Assembly (NCBI GenBank): GCA_011364965.1
Contig: RDOB01000002.1
Span: 192,001-256,000 of the forward strand
From: Candidatus Heimdallarchaeota archaeon
GTDB taxonomy: Archaea > Asgardarchaeota > Heimdallarchaeia > Hodarchaeales > Hodarchaeaceae
Length of the DNA stretch: 64,000 nucleotides
Reading direction: 5' to 3'
Within the stretch, counting starts at the first letter, position 1. The number at the start of each line of letters is the position of its first letter. Below the pieces are notes generated by a model. That model was not told the DNA's origin, made no database searches, and saw nothing but the letters and a program-made list of their open reading frames with translations. Of this stretch, positions 17,402 through 27,728 are shown piece by piece. Position numbers and translations under genes: made by a program.

Positions 17402-19255
17402 TTATTTAAATAGTTGATCTATATGATTGATCAATTTAACTTCCAAAGAGATATTAGCTTCTCTTGGGTCTCCATTTAAAAGGAAAATAATTTTTTCTCC
17501 ACTTTCAGGATTTGATTGTAATAGAAATGAACAGATTTCTGCATCTGTTGGATTTTCTGCAAAAAAAATCAATTTTCTTTTTCTGCGTATTAATCCCCTC
17601 TCTGCGATGAGATCAGGTTCAGCTCCACGTCTATTTGTATTGGTGAAATTTAACTGCACGGTCCATCCCGCTCGTTGAAGATATCTAATTGTTAATGTTC
17701 TAGTATTCTCTTCAGATCTTACTCGAGATTGTACTTCAGTTTGGAAGCTAGTAATATCTTCCTCTGATTCCTCTATTGATGGAGGTTCTAGTTCTCTCTC
17801 AAAAAATGTCGATTCAGACACTGAAACTTCTACAGGACTTTGATGTGCTCTAAATAATCGCTCTAGTGCCTGAGTTCGTTCATCTAGAGACTCATTTTGA
17901 GAGGAGGGACTAGGAATAAGAGAAGGCTTATCAATTTGCAATGATTCTTGTTCAAAGGTTTCCAGTTCTTCCTCAATTTGCTGAGACGTGAAGAGTGCTT
18001 CTAATGTTTCAATAGTAGGGGGTTTCAATTGTTCAGAAAAATCAACTGCTCCTTCAGTTTGCGTGGATTGAAGGTTGGTAATTGTACTTCTAAGATTAAT
18101 TCTTTCTTGTTCTGAATTTCCTGTACCTTGAAGTAAATCTTCAACAGGTAAATGTAAAGCGCTACGGGTAAATTTTAAATCTGAATAGAGTCTTCCCCGT
18201 TTATTAGATATATCTAATAATTTGTTTATTTCCAGAACTTTTTCTCTTAGTGTTTTATCCAGCGAGTCAATTTTTTCCTTTGGGATTTGCCTTAAAAAAT
18301 ATTCAGCTTCGTTGTATCTATCAGATTCAAGGGAATGTATGGTTAATAACAATAGAGCTTTAATTACATATTCTTCAGTTTCAGAAGAAAGAGGAAAAAG
18401 GCTGATTTCCTTGAGAATTTTATTTTTTTGCCAATTCTCATCCAATTTTCCATAAAGTGTTGCTTGATGATAAAGTGATTGAATTGTTCCCAATTGATTG
18501 GTTGAGATCTTGAATTTAGTATAGGATATTTTCAAATATTCTAATGCCTGAATTGAGTATCCGATTTCTTCGAATTCGCAATAGATTTCAAATGCAATTA
18601 ATCCTTGCATATCTGCAATTTTCTGTAAATCTTTTGCCTGATTCAAGTACTTTGCTTTATCATATGCGATTTCTAAGACATTTAATGCCTCATCCTTTAG
18701 ACCCTCTTCATAAAAGAAGAATGCAGAATTACGATAGAGATCAAGAGAAGTTTTCGAATTTTCTTCCAAATCTGCTGCAATCCGGTATAGCTTAGCTGCT
18801 GATTGATGATTATTAATTTTAGTATATGAAAATGCCAAATTCCTTGATACAATAGAGATTGCTTGTAAGTCAGGGTTCTTTTCTTGCTTTCTAGTAAGCT
18901 TTAATGCAGTTTTAAGAATAATAACCGAATGTTCAAACAATTCTAAATTTTGAAACTCAATACCCACTCCAAGGAGCACAGATGCATAAAGTAAGGGTTT
19001 TTGTGGTTTCTCAGAGAAAAATGAAGTAGCTGAAGAAATAATTTCAAGCGATTTGTTCGATTGCTTATCAGCCCCATAAGCTAATGCAAGATATGAATAA
19101 ACAATGCCTAAAAGGCTTGATAGAGTGGGAGTTTGCTTCGATGCTATTGTAATGGCCTTTTCAAATGACGTTATAGCAAGGTTAAAGTTACCCTTTGTAA
19201 GGGCTTGTTTTCCAAGCTTTATTCTTTTACTAAGTTCTTCTCTAAGCTCCGACAT
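17402..19255 (-). CDS. TPR-repeat protein with acidic linker and C-terminal restriction-endonuclease-like (PD-(D/E)xK-fold) domain
   Basis: Several TPR-like helical pairs; C-terminal YLQRAGWTV...EPDLIAER. Confidence 0.65.
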   Translation of the reverse strand: MSELREELSKRIKLGKQALTKGNFNLAITSFEKAITIASKQTPTLSSLLGIVYSYLALAYGADKQSNKSLEIISSATSFFSEKPQKPLLYASVLLGVGIEFQNLELFEHSVIILKTALKLTRKQEKNPDLQAISIVSRNLAFSYTKINNHQSAAKLYRIAADLEENSKTSLDLYRNSAFFFYEEGLKDEALNVLEIAYDKAKYLNQAKDLQKIADMQGLIAFEIYCEFEEIGYSIQALEYLKISYTKFKISTNQLGTIQSLYHQATLYGKLDENWQKNKILKEISLFPLSSETEEYVIKALLLLTIHSLESDRYNEAEYFLRQIPKEKIDSLDKTLREKVLEINKLLDISNKRGRLYSDLKFTRSALHLPVEDLLQGTGNSEQERINLRSTITNLQSTQTEGAVDFSEQLKPPTIETLEALFTSQQIEEELETFEQESLQIDKPSLIPSPSSQNESLDERTQALERLFRAHQSPVEVSVSESTFFERELEPPSIEESEEDITSFQTEVQSRVRSEENTRTLTIRYLQRAGWTVQLNFTNTNRRGAEPDLIAERGLIRRKRKLIFFAENPTDAEICSFLLQSNPESGEKIIFLLNGDPREANISLEVKLINHIDQLFK

Positions 19256-19448
19256 GCAATCAAGATGTGCTAGGTTGAAGATAATCTTAAAACTTTCGTT
19301 TTGTCTTTAGCACAAAGAGCAACCTTAAAAAAAGTAATTTTAGATCCCCCAAATAGACCTTTCTAAAGCATTCTATCGTTGAATGCTCCTCAAAGGAGAG
19401 ATCATCAACAGAGTTCATGTATGAAATACCATCCAACGTCAGATCACG

Positions 19449-22346
19449 GTGAAACTAATGAAAATATCACGATATATTATTCCATTGTCATTTGTTTTTC
19501 TATTTATATTAAATGCGTATGCTTTGTCCTTTGATTTCACTTCCATAAAACAGGAAGTTACTGATGGCACATCCAGAGACAAAAGAAATGTAGGGTATGA
19601 AAATCTCCCCGTTTCTAGCCCAAGTACTCTCCAAATCGGCTCTACAATTACAGTAGGACGGACTACTCTTACAACAGATGAAGATACATACTCACCTGGT
19701 GACTGGGTAACAATTTCTGCTGAAAGTAGCACTGATGATATGAATGGATCTTTAGAATGGCGCCTAGAATCTCCAATTGAAGAAGTAGCATTTGATTTTT
19801 ACAGTGATTACCAAGATGTGTTTTCTGATCCTTCTTTCGATGGTCCTGGATTACCATCTGATTGGACAAATATTGATTTTGATTTTGCTAATGTAATGAA
19901 TGGTTATCTTAATCTTACAGAGGAAGCTGATGCAGATACTAATAATGATGAAATTTATTTCTACAATCCTTTAGCTTTTGTATATGGAAATAAATATGTT
20001 ATTTCATTTGATCACTATTCTTATGGAGAAAATCTTCTGATAAACCCAGGATTTGAGACAGGTGATAGTACAGGTTGGGAAGTAAATTCATCTTATGTAA
20101 TAATAGTCAATTCTCCTGAAAATGCGTCCGAGGGTGATTATTATGCTAATGTGAATGGAACTAGAGGGTACTTAATTACTCAAAATGTTACTGGTTGGAC
20201 TGGAGGTCGTGAGGCTATCTTTTCTGCTCGTGCCACAGGAACTACTGCTGCTAATTATTGGAGTTTAAGATTAGAAGCCTATAACTCCACAGGGGGATTC
20301 CTAGGGGCTAAAGATACTTCAACTGATTCTCAAGGTGACATTCCTGATGAAAAGGGATATACTTTCAATCGTATTCTACGATGGGTTACACCAATAAACA
20401 CCTCATACCTACGAGCAATGTTTAGAGGTAGAGATGGAGGTAGTAACTCAGATGGGCTTTATACTGGCTGGGTTGATGATTTATTTCTAAGTGAATCACC
20501 TGCTCCTTTATTATTCTCTTATTATGGAGTTGGTGGTGAATGGAAAACAAAACGTTTACTAGGGGGAACAAATGAATGGGAACACACAACTAGAGACACC
20601 TTTTTAATAGAACTAGCCAGTACTGCTCCAACGGACTCTAAAACAATAAAATTTTTACTTGATGACACTAGTGATGCAATAAATAAGACAACTTCTTATT
20701 GGCTGATAGATAATGTAACGATCAATTTTGTTACTAAACCAGAAGTAAAAACAGGTATTAGTGAAGTTCAAAATACTGGATTCATCAATTCTACATGGTT
20801 TCACAGAGGATATCAAGAGGAATTGAAGAGTACTTATAAGATAAAGCAAGAAACTCCCGAAAACGTGAGTACAATAGCTGACTGTAGTGCAACGATAAAG
20901 ATACTACTCCCACAACATCAAATTTATTTTGGACCTTGGATATTTATCTTGAAAATTCACCGTATAGACTCTGCATCTGACCCCCTTGATGTTATAAACG
21001 TGAATATTTCCTTTGTGGTCGATAATCCTATGAATTATGTTATTCAAGACATTTATTTACTACGTGGGTCTACTAATATTAGCTCAGGAGATGATTATGT
21101 TTTCAAGGAGTATTTTGAACCAGAACTTGGGATTGAGGCAATTTCCCCTGGTGATAACGTTACACTTCTTGGATATTTGGAAGCGAATAGCACACAAGGT
21201 GAATGGTATGATTTTGAATTCTTACAGGTTTCAGAAACAAAGGTTGAATTTTTCTGGTATAGTTCATGGTCTACAAAGGAAAACATAACATGGTCACAAT
21301 TCGGATTTATCCCTTATCAAAAAGATGGAATTACGCTTCTAGATGGTAATTTTAGTTCCCCAACAAACAATATTAGAACTATGGGTTTAAATTTCCATAT
21401 ACCAAATAGAGGTATTTTTGGAGATATTGTTGCAAACTTAACTCTCTCTATCCGTGCAACTAATGCTAAACCTGGAGGAGTAGGTGGAGGTGTTCATAAA
21501 ATCATCATTCCTTTGAATCTCCCTCCAGTCAAATTTAATATTGTTGTTGAAGAAGAAAATTTACCAGGTACGAGTTATTATCTAACTGATTATATATCCG
21601 GCAATATTACATTAAATTTGCTTAATTACAATAGTGATCTGCCCACTGAATATCCTGGTAGAAATATAACTTCCAATCTCACAATTCCAATGACTGATCT
21701 TGATTTCGTTGTTTATTTAGACCTCGTTGGTGGAGAAGTAGAAGTTTCTCAGGAATTTCATTATAATATTATAGGGAAATCAATTTTATGGTTGGAAGCA
21801 GTAAATCCACATTTATTAGCTGGGAATTATTCATTTAAAATTCGATGGGGTACTGCTTATGAATATAATGATACTAATCGCAATTATCTGGATATTAGCA
21901 CCCTCTATATTGCTATTCGAGGTACTTTAGCTGTTCATTCTTCTGATACAGTTGAGATAAAGCAAGGTGGAATGGGTACAATTCAATTCAATGTAACTCT
22001 CCTTGAAACAACCAAAAAGATCAGTGGATTAAATCTCTTGGCTGTAATTGAAGGACTTGAAGCTGAAGGTACCATAGTCATATATGAAAATGAAGGCTTG
22101 TACAATATAGATATATTAGTTCCCCCAGATGCTGAAGTGAGAGACGATTATGTAATAAATATTTTTGTAAAAGGACGGAGTGATACAATTGGAGAAGTCC
22201 AATTCTCTGTTATTGAATCCACAGATACTTTAACAACCCCGGTATCCCTGTTAGACTTAATTGTTACATTTGGAGGATTTATTTTCTTCATTACCACTGG
22301 AATTGGCGTTGTTGGGGTTTTATTTTGGTTTAATAAGAAATTCTAA
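19449..22346 (+). CDS. Large membrane-anchored cell-surface glycoprotein with CBM-like and Ig-like beta domains
   Basis: Signal peptide, NLLINPGFETGDSTGW and VDDLFL CBM-like motifs, many N-x-S/T sequons, C-terminal TM ending FNKKF. Start may be the ATG at 19458. Confidence 0.75.
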   Translation: MKLMKISRYIIPLSFVFLFILNAYALSFDFTSIKQEVTDGTSRDKRNVGYENLPVSSPSTLQIGSTITVGRTTLTTDEDTYSPGDWVTISAESSTDDMNGSLEWRLESPIEEVAFDFYSDYQDVFSDPSFDGPGLPSDWTNIDFDFANVMNGYLNLTEEADADTNNDEIYFYNPLAFVYGNKYVISFDHYSYGENLLINPGFETGDSTGWEVNSSYVIIVNSPENASEGDYYANVNGTRGYLITQNVTGWTGGREAIFSARATGTTAANYWSLRLEAYNSTGGFLGAKDTSTDSQGDIPDEKGYTFNRILRWVTPINTSYLRAMFRGRDGGSNSDGLYTGWVDDLFLSESPAPLLFSYYGVGGEWKTKRLLGGTNEWEHTTRDTFLIELASTAPTDSKTIKFLLDDTSDAINKTTSYWLIDNVTINFVTKPEVKTGISEVQNTGFINSTWFHRGYQEELKSTYKIKQETPENVSTIADCSATIKILLPQHQIYFGPWIFILKIHRIDSASDPLDVINVNISFVVDNPMNYVIQDIYLLRGSTNISSGDDYVFKEYFEPELGIEAISPGDNVTLLGYLEANSTQGEWYDFEFLQVSETKVEFFWYSSWSTKENITWSQFGFIPYQKDGITLLDGNFSSPTNNIRTMGLNFHIPNRGIFGDIVANLTLSIRATNAKPGGVGGGVHKIIIPLNLPPVKFNIVVEEENLPGTSYYLTDYISGNITLNLLNYNSDLPTEYPGRNITSNLTIPMTDLDFVVYLDLVGGEVEVSQEFHYNIIGKSILWLEAVNPHLLAGNYSFKIRWGTAYEYNDTNRNYLDISTLYIAIRGTLAVHSSDTVEIKQGGMGTIQFNVTLLETTKKISGLNLLAVIEGLEAEGTIVIYENEGLYNIDILVPPDAEVRDDYVINIFVKGRSDTIGEVQFSVIESTDTLTTPVSLLDLIVTFGGFIFFITTGIGVVGVLFWFNKKF

Positions 22347-22398
22347 TAATATTTACTTAGATTTCTTTAATTTCCCTCTTTTTTTAAAAAAATTTTGA

Positions 22399-23445
22399 TT
22401 AACAAATTTCTGTGTACAAATTGGCCAATGATTCAACTGCTTTTCTAATATCATGCGTTTTAAGGCTCGATTCCCCATGTTGCTGTAGTTTCTGGTAAAG
22501 TGATTTGTCAGATGCAAGCCGTCGAATGTTCTCTGTAAATTCATCAACTGTACGACTTTTGAGACAATCCTTTTCGTGCGTTAACCAGTTGAATACAGGA
22601 TGATCTGATATTACTGGTACATTTCCATAGGCAATCCCCTCTAGCAGTGCAATTCCCTGATTTTCTTCTCGTGTTACATAAAGGAAAATATCTGCTGCGT
22701 TCCAAAGAGCTTCGATCGTTCTTCTTGAAACATATCCCGTAAAGCGTATATTGTGAGTGTTACGAGCTATAAGGAACTTCTTTCGCAAATATGGGGAATG
22801 AGCTATAGTTCCTAATGGGAAATATTTTCCTATCCATAAGAAAACATGTTCAGGGGTATTCAATGCAACATTAGTAAAGATATCTGGGGCTTTGCGATAG
22901 ATACAGATGCCAACTGTAATAATGAGAAGTTGATCCTTTTCAATTCCAAGGAATTCCTTTGCTTTTTGCCCTAGTAATGGATTTTTTCGATTTTTAGTAA
23001 GATCGATACCATTAGATATTACACGAATTCTAGCAGGATTATATCCATACTTCAGTAAAATTTGCTTATTATATTCACTTACTGCAATGAGATGGTCAGC
23101 ATAAGAATAATATTTTGTTAGATATGGAATTAAAGCAAAATCAATTCGATTAGATAAGAGAAAGCTATTTCTAAAGTCTTCGATTGTTGTATGTCCAGTC
23201 ATTACTATCTGGTGCTTTTTACGATGCTGGTTTGAGAGTAATTTAGCTTTAAACAATGATTGAGGAAACGCTGTTTGAAAATGATAAATATCATAAGGAT
23301 AATTCTTACCATTGATGTCAGTTTCAATCCCCAATTCCTTCAATTGATTTGCTAATCGAGTAGCAGAGCTGTAAATACCACTACCTTCTAGTGCATTTTC
23401 CATATCTAGGATAAAATTAACTTTCAATTTCCGTCTATCCTTCAC
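22399..23445 (-). CDS. GT4 glycosyltransferase (CpoA-like)
   Basis: GSGIYSS, HTTIEDFRNSF, ISNGID, RKAPD, EENQGIALLEG. Confidence 0.88.
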   Translation of the reverse strand: MKDRRKLKVNFILDMENALEGSGIYSSATRLANQLKELGIETDINGKNYPYDIYHFQTAFPQSLFKAKLLSNQHRKKHQIVMTGHTTIEDFRNSFLLSNRIDFALIPYLTKYYSYADHLIAVSEYNKQILLKYGYNPARIRVISNGIDLTKNRKNPLLGQKAKEFLGIEKDQLLIITVGICIYRKAPDIFTNVALNTPEHVFLWIGKYFPLGTIAHSPYLRKKFLIARNTHNIRFTGYVSRRTIEALWNAADIFLYVTREENQGIALLEGIAYGNVPVISDHPVFNWLTHEKDCLKSRTVDEFTENIRRLASDKSLYQKLQQHGESSLKTHDIRKAVESLANLYTEIC

Positions 23446-23652
23446 TCATACGCTCTATTACATATTTTTTCTATCTTCTTGGAGATGATCCTAATCGATA
23501 TGAATAAACTTTTTCTATAAAGAAAGATTTTTGAAGGGAAAATTAAGTAGATATCATTAAAGTTCAGTTGAAGCATTCAGATTAAGTCTTAGCAAATTAT
23601 TTTCTCATAAACTTAACAAAAATATATTTTTTGTGATTAGGATAATATCACG

Positions 23653-24177
23653 ATGTTAGATAATCCTTCCGTTGCTCTTTCCATTGATCCGTTGATCTCT
23701 TTAAGAAAAGCAGAGAAATCGGATTTAAAATTCATCAATGAAGTTCAGTACGCGGAAATGAATGACATATTAATGAGTGCTTGGGGAAGTCAGTTTAATT
23801 GGAAGAGTTGGTTTGAGGATGTTGAAGAAGCAAGTTCAGGAAACATCCACAAAGTATATCTAATTTACTTTAAAGAAATCGCTGTTGGATATATATGGCT
23901 TAATGAGGAATTGAATTCGATTTGGCTAACTGCCATTGTTATTAACTCAAAATGGCAAAGGAAGGGAATTGGGACAAAAGTTATCCACTTTTTGATTAAT
24001 GAAGCCAAAAGCGAAAATAAAAAGTATATAGAGTTAGGTGTTCAGCGAAATAATCTTAAGGCAAAGGAATTTTATTCAAAACTTGGATTCAATGAATTCG
24101 ATTATATTCAAACAGCAAATACTGACTTACTACGGTTGAATCTGAGTAATAGGGTTGATCCAGCATATATTGTATAA
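23653..24177 (+). CDS. GNAT family N-acetyltransferase
   Basis: WQRKGIGT acetyl-CoA motif, NLKAKEFYSKLGF. Confidence 0.9.
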   Translation: MLDNPSVALSIDPLISLRKAEKSDLKFINEVQYAEMNDILMSAWGSQFNWKSWFEDVEEASSGNIHKVYLIYFKEIAVGYIWLNEELNSIWLTAIVINSKWQRKGIGTKVIHFLINEAKSENKKYIELGVQRNNLKAKEFYSKLGFNEFDYIQTANTDLLRLNLSNRVDPAYIV

Positions 24178-24353
24178 TTTTAATACCTAACTTGGTTCTT
24201 TATAAGATATTAGAAATTATTTTTGGTGATAAAAGTTTTGTAGATTTAAAATTTAAAAGTTGATCATAACCAAGACATATAAATAGAAATTTTAATTCTT
24301 CTCACCAAATGATATTTTTCAATCTATTTAATTACATAAAAGGGTGTTAATAG

Positions 24354-24689
24354 ATGAGTCAACGTCCTCAGTCAATTAATATTAAGAAAAGTGAAGATTT
24401 TCGACAATTATACTGCATCGGCGCTTCAGGGGGATTCACTCCATTTGATTTTCGGATTAGCTTCTACAACGATTCTGCCTCCATTGAGGAGGGCAAAATG
24501 AAAATTGAGAGAACAGCAAACGTGGAGATTATTTTATCTCCAGTTGCTGCAAAATCATTAGCACAGTGGCTTAATGTTCATGTACAGAACTTTGAAAAGC
24601 AATTTGGGCTTATAAATGTCCCTACACAACCTAAAAAATCTAGTAACGATAAAGAATTTCGTGAAGGTAGTGCTGCACTTTGGACTTAG
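24354..24689 (+). CDS. DUF3467-like protein
   Basis: Y-x-x-GASGGFTPFDFRISF...EIILSPVAAKSLAQWL...FEKQFGLI. Confidence 0.75.
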   Translation: MSQRPQSINIKKSEDFRQLYCIGASGGFTPFDFRISFYNDSASIEEGKMKIERTANVEIILSPVAAKSLAQWLNVHVQNFEKQFGLINVPTQPKKSSNDKEFREGSAALWT

Positions 24690-24703
24690 AGCATTCCACT
24701 TCG

Positions 24704-25516
24704 TTAAGAATTTAAAATTAAAGGTATTCCAATAAAAGCAAAATCTTTCGCTAATTTCGCAATTTCTCGTTTAAGTCCAGAAATGTAGACCTCATTCTTC
24801 CATTTCTCAGGGAAAATATCGAATAGATTTGGCTGTATTTTACGTATCCCAGGTATAGTTTCTTGATAAATCCTATTGGTGGCTTCTAAGGATATTTCAT
24901 TAAATATTTTAGAGTAATTTGAAATTAATACTCTCATTGGTGCTGTTGGTGAGTCGAAATGCTCATAACTTTCAGTGGCTTTCTTTAAAAGAAGTAAAGG
25001 TTCTTTGAAAGGAAACACCAGCTGAGCAAGTATTATTCCTTTAGAAAAAGCTCTTCTTCTTTGTCCCACGATATCATCTTCAGCTCTTAAAGCGTGAAAT
25101 GGAAATTCATGTAAATAATCTCCCACTAGGAAGTTGTGTTGATCTGGAAAAACAAATGGTTCAGTATTGAAGTGATTGTCTAGCCACTTTTCTTCTGGGA
25201 TAACCAATGCTGTAATAAACCTATGATCCAAAGTAATTGATTTAGGAAATACAGAGAATTTAGTCGAATAAATCCCTGCTCCATATAATAAGATGTAAGA
25301 TATGCTGTCTCGAATTATACGTGAGAAGTCTACTGGAGTAAAAATTACACTCGAAGAATTAACCGAATGTATCTTCTGCTTCTTGTATGTCCATAAATAA
25401 GGATCTACTTTTTCCTTTTCGGTGAATGCAATCCAATTGGAAATTACAATGAGTGATTTCAACCCCCCAAGTGGATATCTGGACATTCTATGTGGTCCAC
25501 CTGGATTTTGTCTCAT
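24704..25516 (-). CDS. Hypothetical protein
   Basis: Long ORF; ATG at 25516 follows a GGAGA SD-like site; no motif recognised. Confidence 0.6.
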   Translation of the reverse strand: MRQNPGGPHRMSRYPLGGLKSLIVISNWIAFTEKEKVDPYLWTYKKQKIHSVNSSSVIFTPVDFSRIIRDSISYILLYGAGIYSTKFSVFPKSITLDHRFITALVIPEEKWLDNHFNTEPFVFPDQHNFLVGDYLHEFPFHALRAEDDIVGQRRRAFSKGIILAQLVFPFKEPLLLLKKATESYEHFDSPTAPMRVLISNYSKIFNEISLEATNRIYQETIPGIRKIQPNLFDIFPEKWKNEVYISGLKREIAKLAKDFAFIGIPLILNS

Positions 25517-25780
25517 TTTATTATTATCTCCTGGGAATATTGAGAAGTAGCTTATCAATTAGAATAGTAAGTGTTGATTTAATAATCTTGCACAATTGTT
25601 GGATTGATGGATTCATATTATGTTTAAATATTTACTCTAATTACACGAAAAAAAGTAAAAAGGGTAGAAAATGAGAGAAAAAATAAATTGATTAGATTTT
25701 ACAGACTAATTATATGTAGTTTTGGAAATTACTTGCCATAAAGCAGTATTAATCTATTTTTCTATTCAATTTTCCCATTT

Positions 25781-26218
25781 TCAAACTCCAGCACTTATTA
25801 ATGTAGTACCAGGAAACAGATAACCGATTATTGCATTGAAAAGGTAAATCAAGAAGATTGTTATAACCCCAATCCAAATAGAGGAATTCAAATTGTTTCT
25901 CTCTGGAACAATAAGATAATCAATCAAATAAACAATTGCAAGGTAAACAAGAATAGGCACTAATCTAGCTGCAGCTTCATTTACAAATGGAATAGGACTC
26001 AGTACTCCAACAAGAGCTCCAATAACTAAAGCTACTAATATTACGATTATTGCTGCCACAACTAATAGAATAAGGACATAACTTGTATCCGTGTCTTTCT
26101 TTCCTGCAATCAATCTCGTGCCAATCCATAGAAAAATAGCAACAAGGATGATCGCAATAATTAACAATATGAGAGTAATTGGATCACTCAAATTTACATT
26201 TTGTTGTTGTATTGCCAT
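25781..26218 (-). CDS. Integral membrane protein (about 4 TM)
   Basis: Four hydrophobic segments; GGTGA SD before the ATG. Confidence 0.8.
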   Translation of the reverse strand: MAIQQQNVNLSDPITLILLIIAIILVAIFLWIGTRLIAGKKDTDTSYVLILLVVAAIIVILVALVIGALVGVLSPIPFVNEAAARLVPILVYLAIVYLIDYLIVPERNNLNSSIWIGVITIFLIYLFNAIIGYLFPGTTLISAGV

Positions 26219-26310
26219 AAATAATCACCTTTCAATGTAGGAAATATGATAAAATAAAAATCCTATCAATATTGTTTGTTGAGAGAAAAGATAGAAAAAT
26301 CGTCATACTG

Positions 26311-27537
26311 CTATCTACTTGCATTTATCTTAATAGTTATACTAAATGCTCTTTCTAGTTGTGTAGTAAATCCTTTTGTTGAGAATTTTTGAGCGATTTT
26401 TAATGCCGTTCTTCCAAATTGAGAGATCAAATCAGGATTATCCAAGAGAGTCTCTATAGCAGCTTTACAGGCCTTCCAATTGCCAGGTGGAAACAGTAAA
26501 CCATTTCTATTCTCATGAATATAATCAAGAACCCCTCCCCCAGCTGCACCAATAACTGGCAATCCTTGACTCATCGCTTCAATAACAGTCAATCCTTGAG
26601 TTTCAGTGTCACTTGGCGTCACCATAAATTCCCCCATTCGATAAAGATAAGGCAATTTAGTATGACTGAAAAAACCAGTGAAAGCAATGTTCCGTATATT
26701 TAACTGAGAAGCTTGTTTTTTATACATTTTGAGATGAGGTCCATCTCCTACGATCAAGAGGAAAGTTTTTGGGTATTTTTGCTCAATTTCCTTATATGCC
26801 TTTAGAAGGACTTCAAGCTTTTTCTCATAGGATATTCGACCACAATAAAGGAGAATCTTCCTGTCAGATTTTATTTCATATTTTTTCCTTATATTTTCTT
26901 GAAATGCTTTTTGTTCTTCCTTACTATGATCATTTCGAAAGAAAACGCTTGATATCATGTTTGGAAGTGAATAAACGGGAGGTTTTACTCCATGACAAGT
27001 TAACTCTCTTTGAAAAGTTTTAGATGGCGTGATAACTACATCAGAATATTTATAATACCAACGAATATATCCCCATATCATTTCTTGGATTCCAGATAAA
27101 CGTGCAAACTTCTCTCCTTGTATTCCTCCTACTAAATGACCTGAATAATCAACAAGATGAGTATGATATGTGTTGAGTAAAGGAATGTTATTGAGGACTC
27201 GAGACGCTAATACAGCAGCATAGCCAAGAGAAAACGGAGAATGACAATGAATAAAGTCAAATTGTTCTTTATGTAAAGCTTTCGTTAAGTAAAAACTTGG
27301 AAAAGCGATATTATAACCAGGATAAGGTGGAAAAGGGAAGCTTTTAAGCTCATAGATAGGAACTCCCTCAATTTTGAAGGGGATTGCTTGTTTTAATTTC
27401 GGAACAAAAATAGCAAATTCATGTTTATTACGAAGGCTTTGAATCTCATTAATAATTGAGATTACCACACCATTCAAATTTGGAACCCAAGAATCACTGA
27501 AGATACCGATTTTCATTTTTATTATCCTTTTTAACAA
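26311..27537 (-). CDS. GT4 glycosyltransferase (monoglycosyl-lipid synthase-like)
   Basis: MKIGIFSDSWVPNLNGV, HCHSPFSLG, TYHT, GRISYEK, ETQGLTVIEAM. Likely start is the ATG at 27516. Confidence 0.9.
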   Translation of the reverse strand: MLKRIIKMKIGIFSDSWVPNLNGVVISIINEIQSLRNKHEFAIFVPKLKQAIPFKIEGVPIYELKSFPFPPYPGYNIAFPSFYLTKALHKEQFDFIHCHSPFSLGYAAVLASRVLNNIPLLNTYHTHLVDYSGHLVGGIQGEKFARLSGIQEMIWGYIRWYYKYSDVVITPSKTFQRELTCHGVKPPVYSLPNMISSVFFRNDHSKEEQKAFQENIRKKYEIKSDRKILLYCGRISYEKKLEVLLKAYKEIEQKYPKTFLLIVGDGPHLKMYKKQASQLNIRNIAFTGFFSHTKLPYLYRMGEFMVTPSDTETQGLTVIEAMSQGLPVIGAAGGGVLDYIHENRNGLLFPPGNWKACKAAIETLLDNPDLISQFGRTALKIAQKFSTKGFTTQLERAFSITIKINASR

Positions 27538-27728
27538 ATAAGTTTCATGCGCAATTGATACCCAAGGTTTAAATCAGACTTTCATTCCAGAAATATTGAA
27601 TAGATGCGATTGTTGTAAAAGGTGTGAATAAATTTAATTTTTTTGGGGAGGAAAACGCTATAGAATTATTTTTTTTATTAATACAAAATCATTTCCACGC
27701 TAAAGTACTAAGGCTCCGTACATATTCT

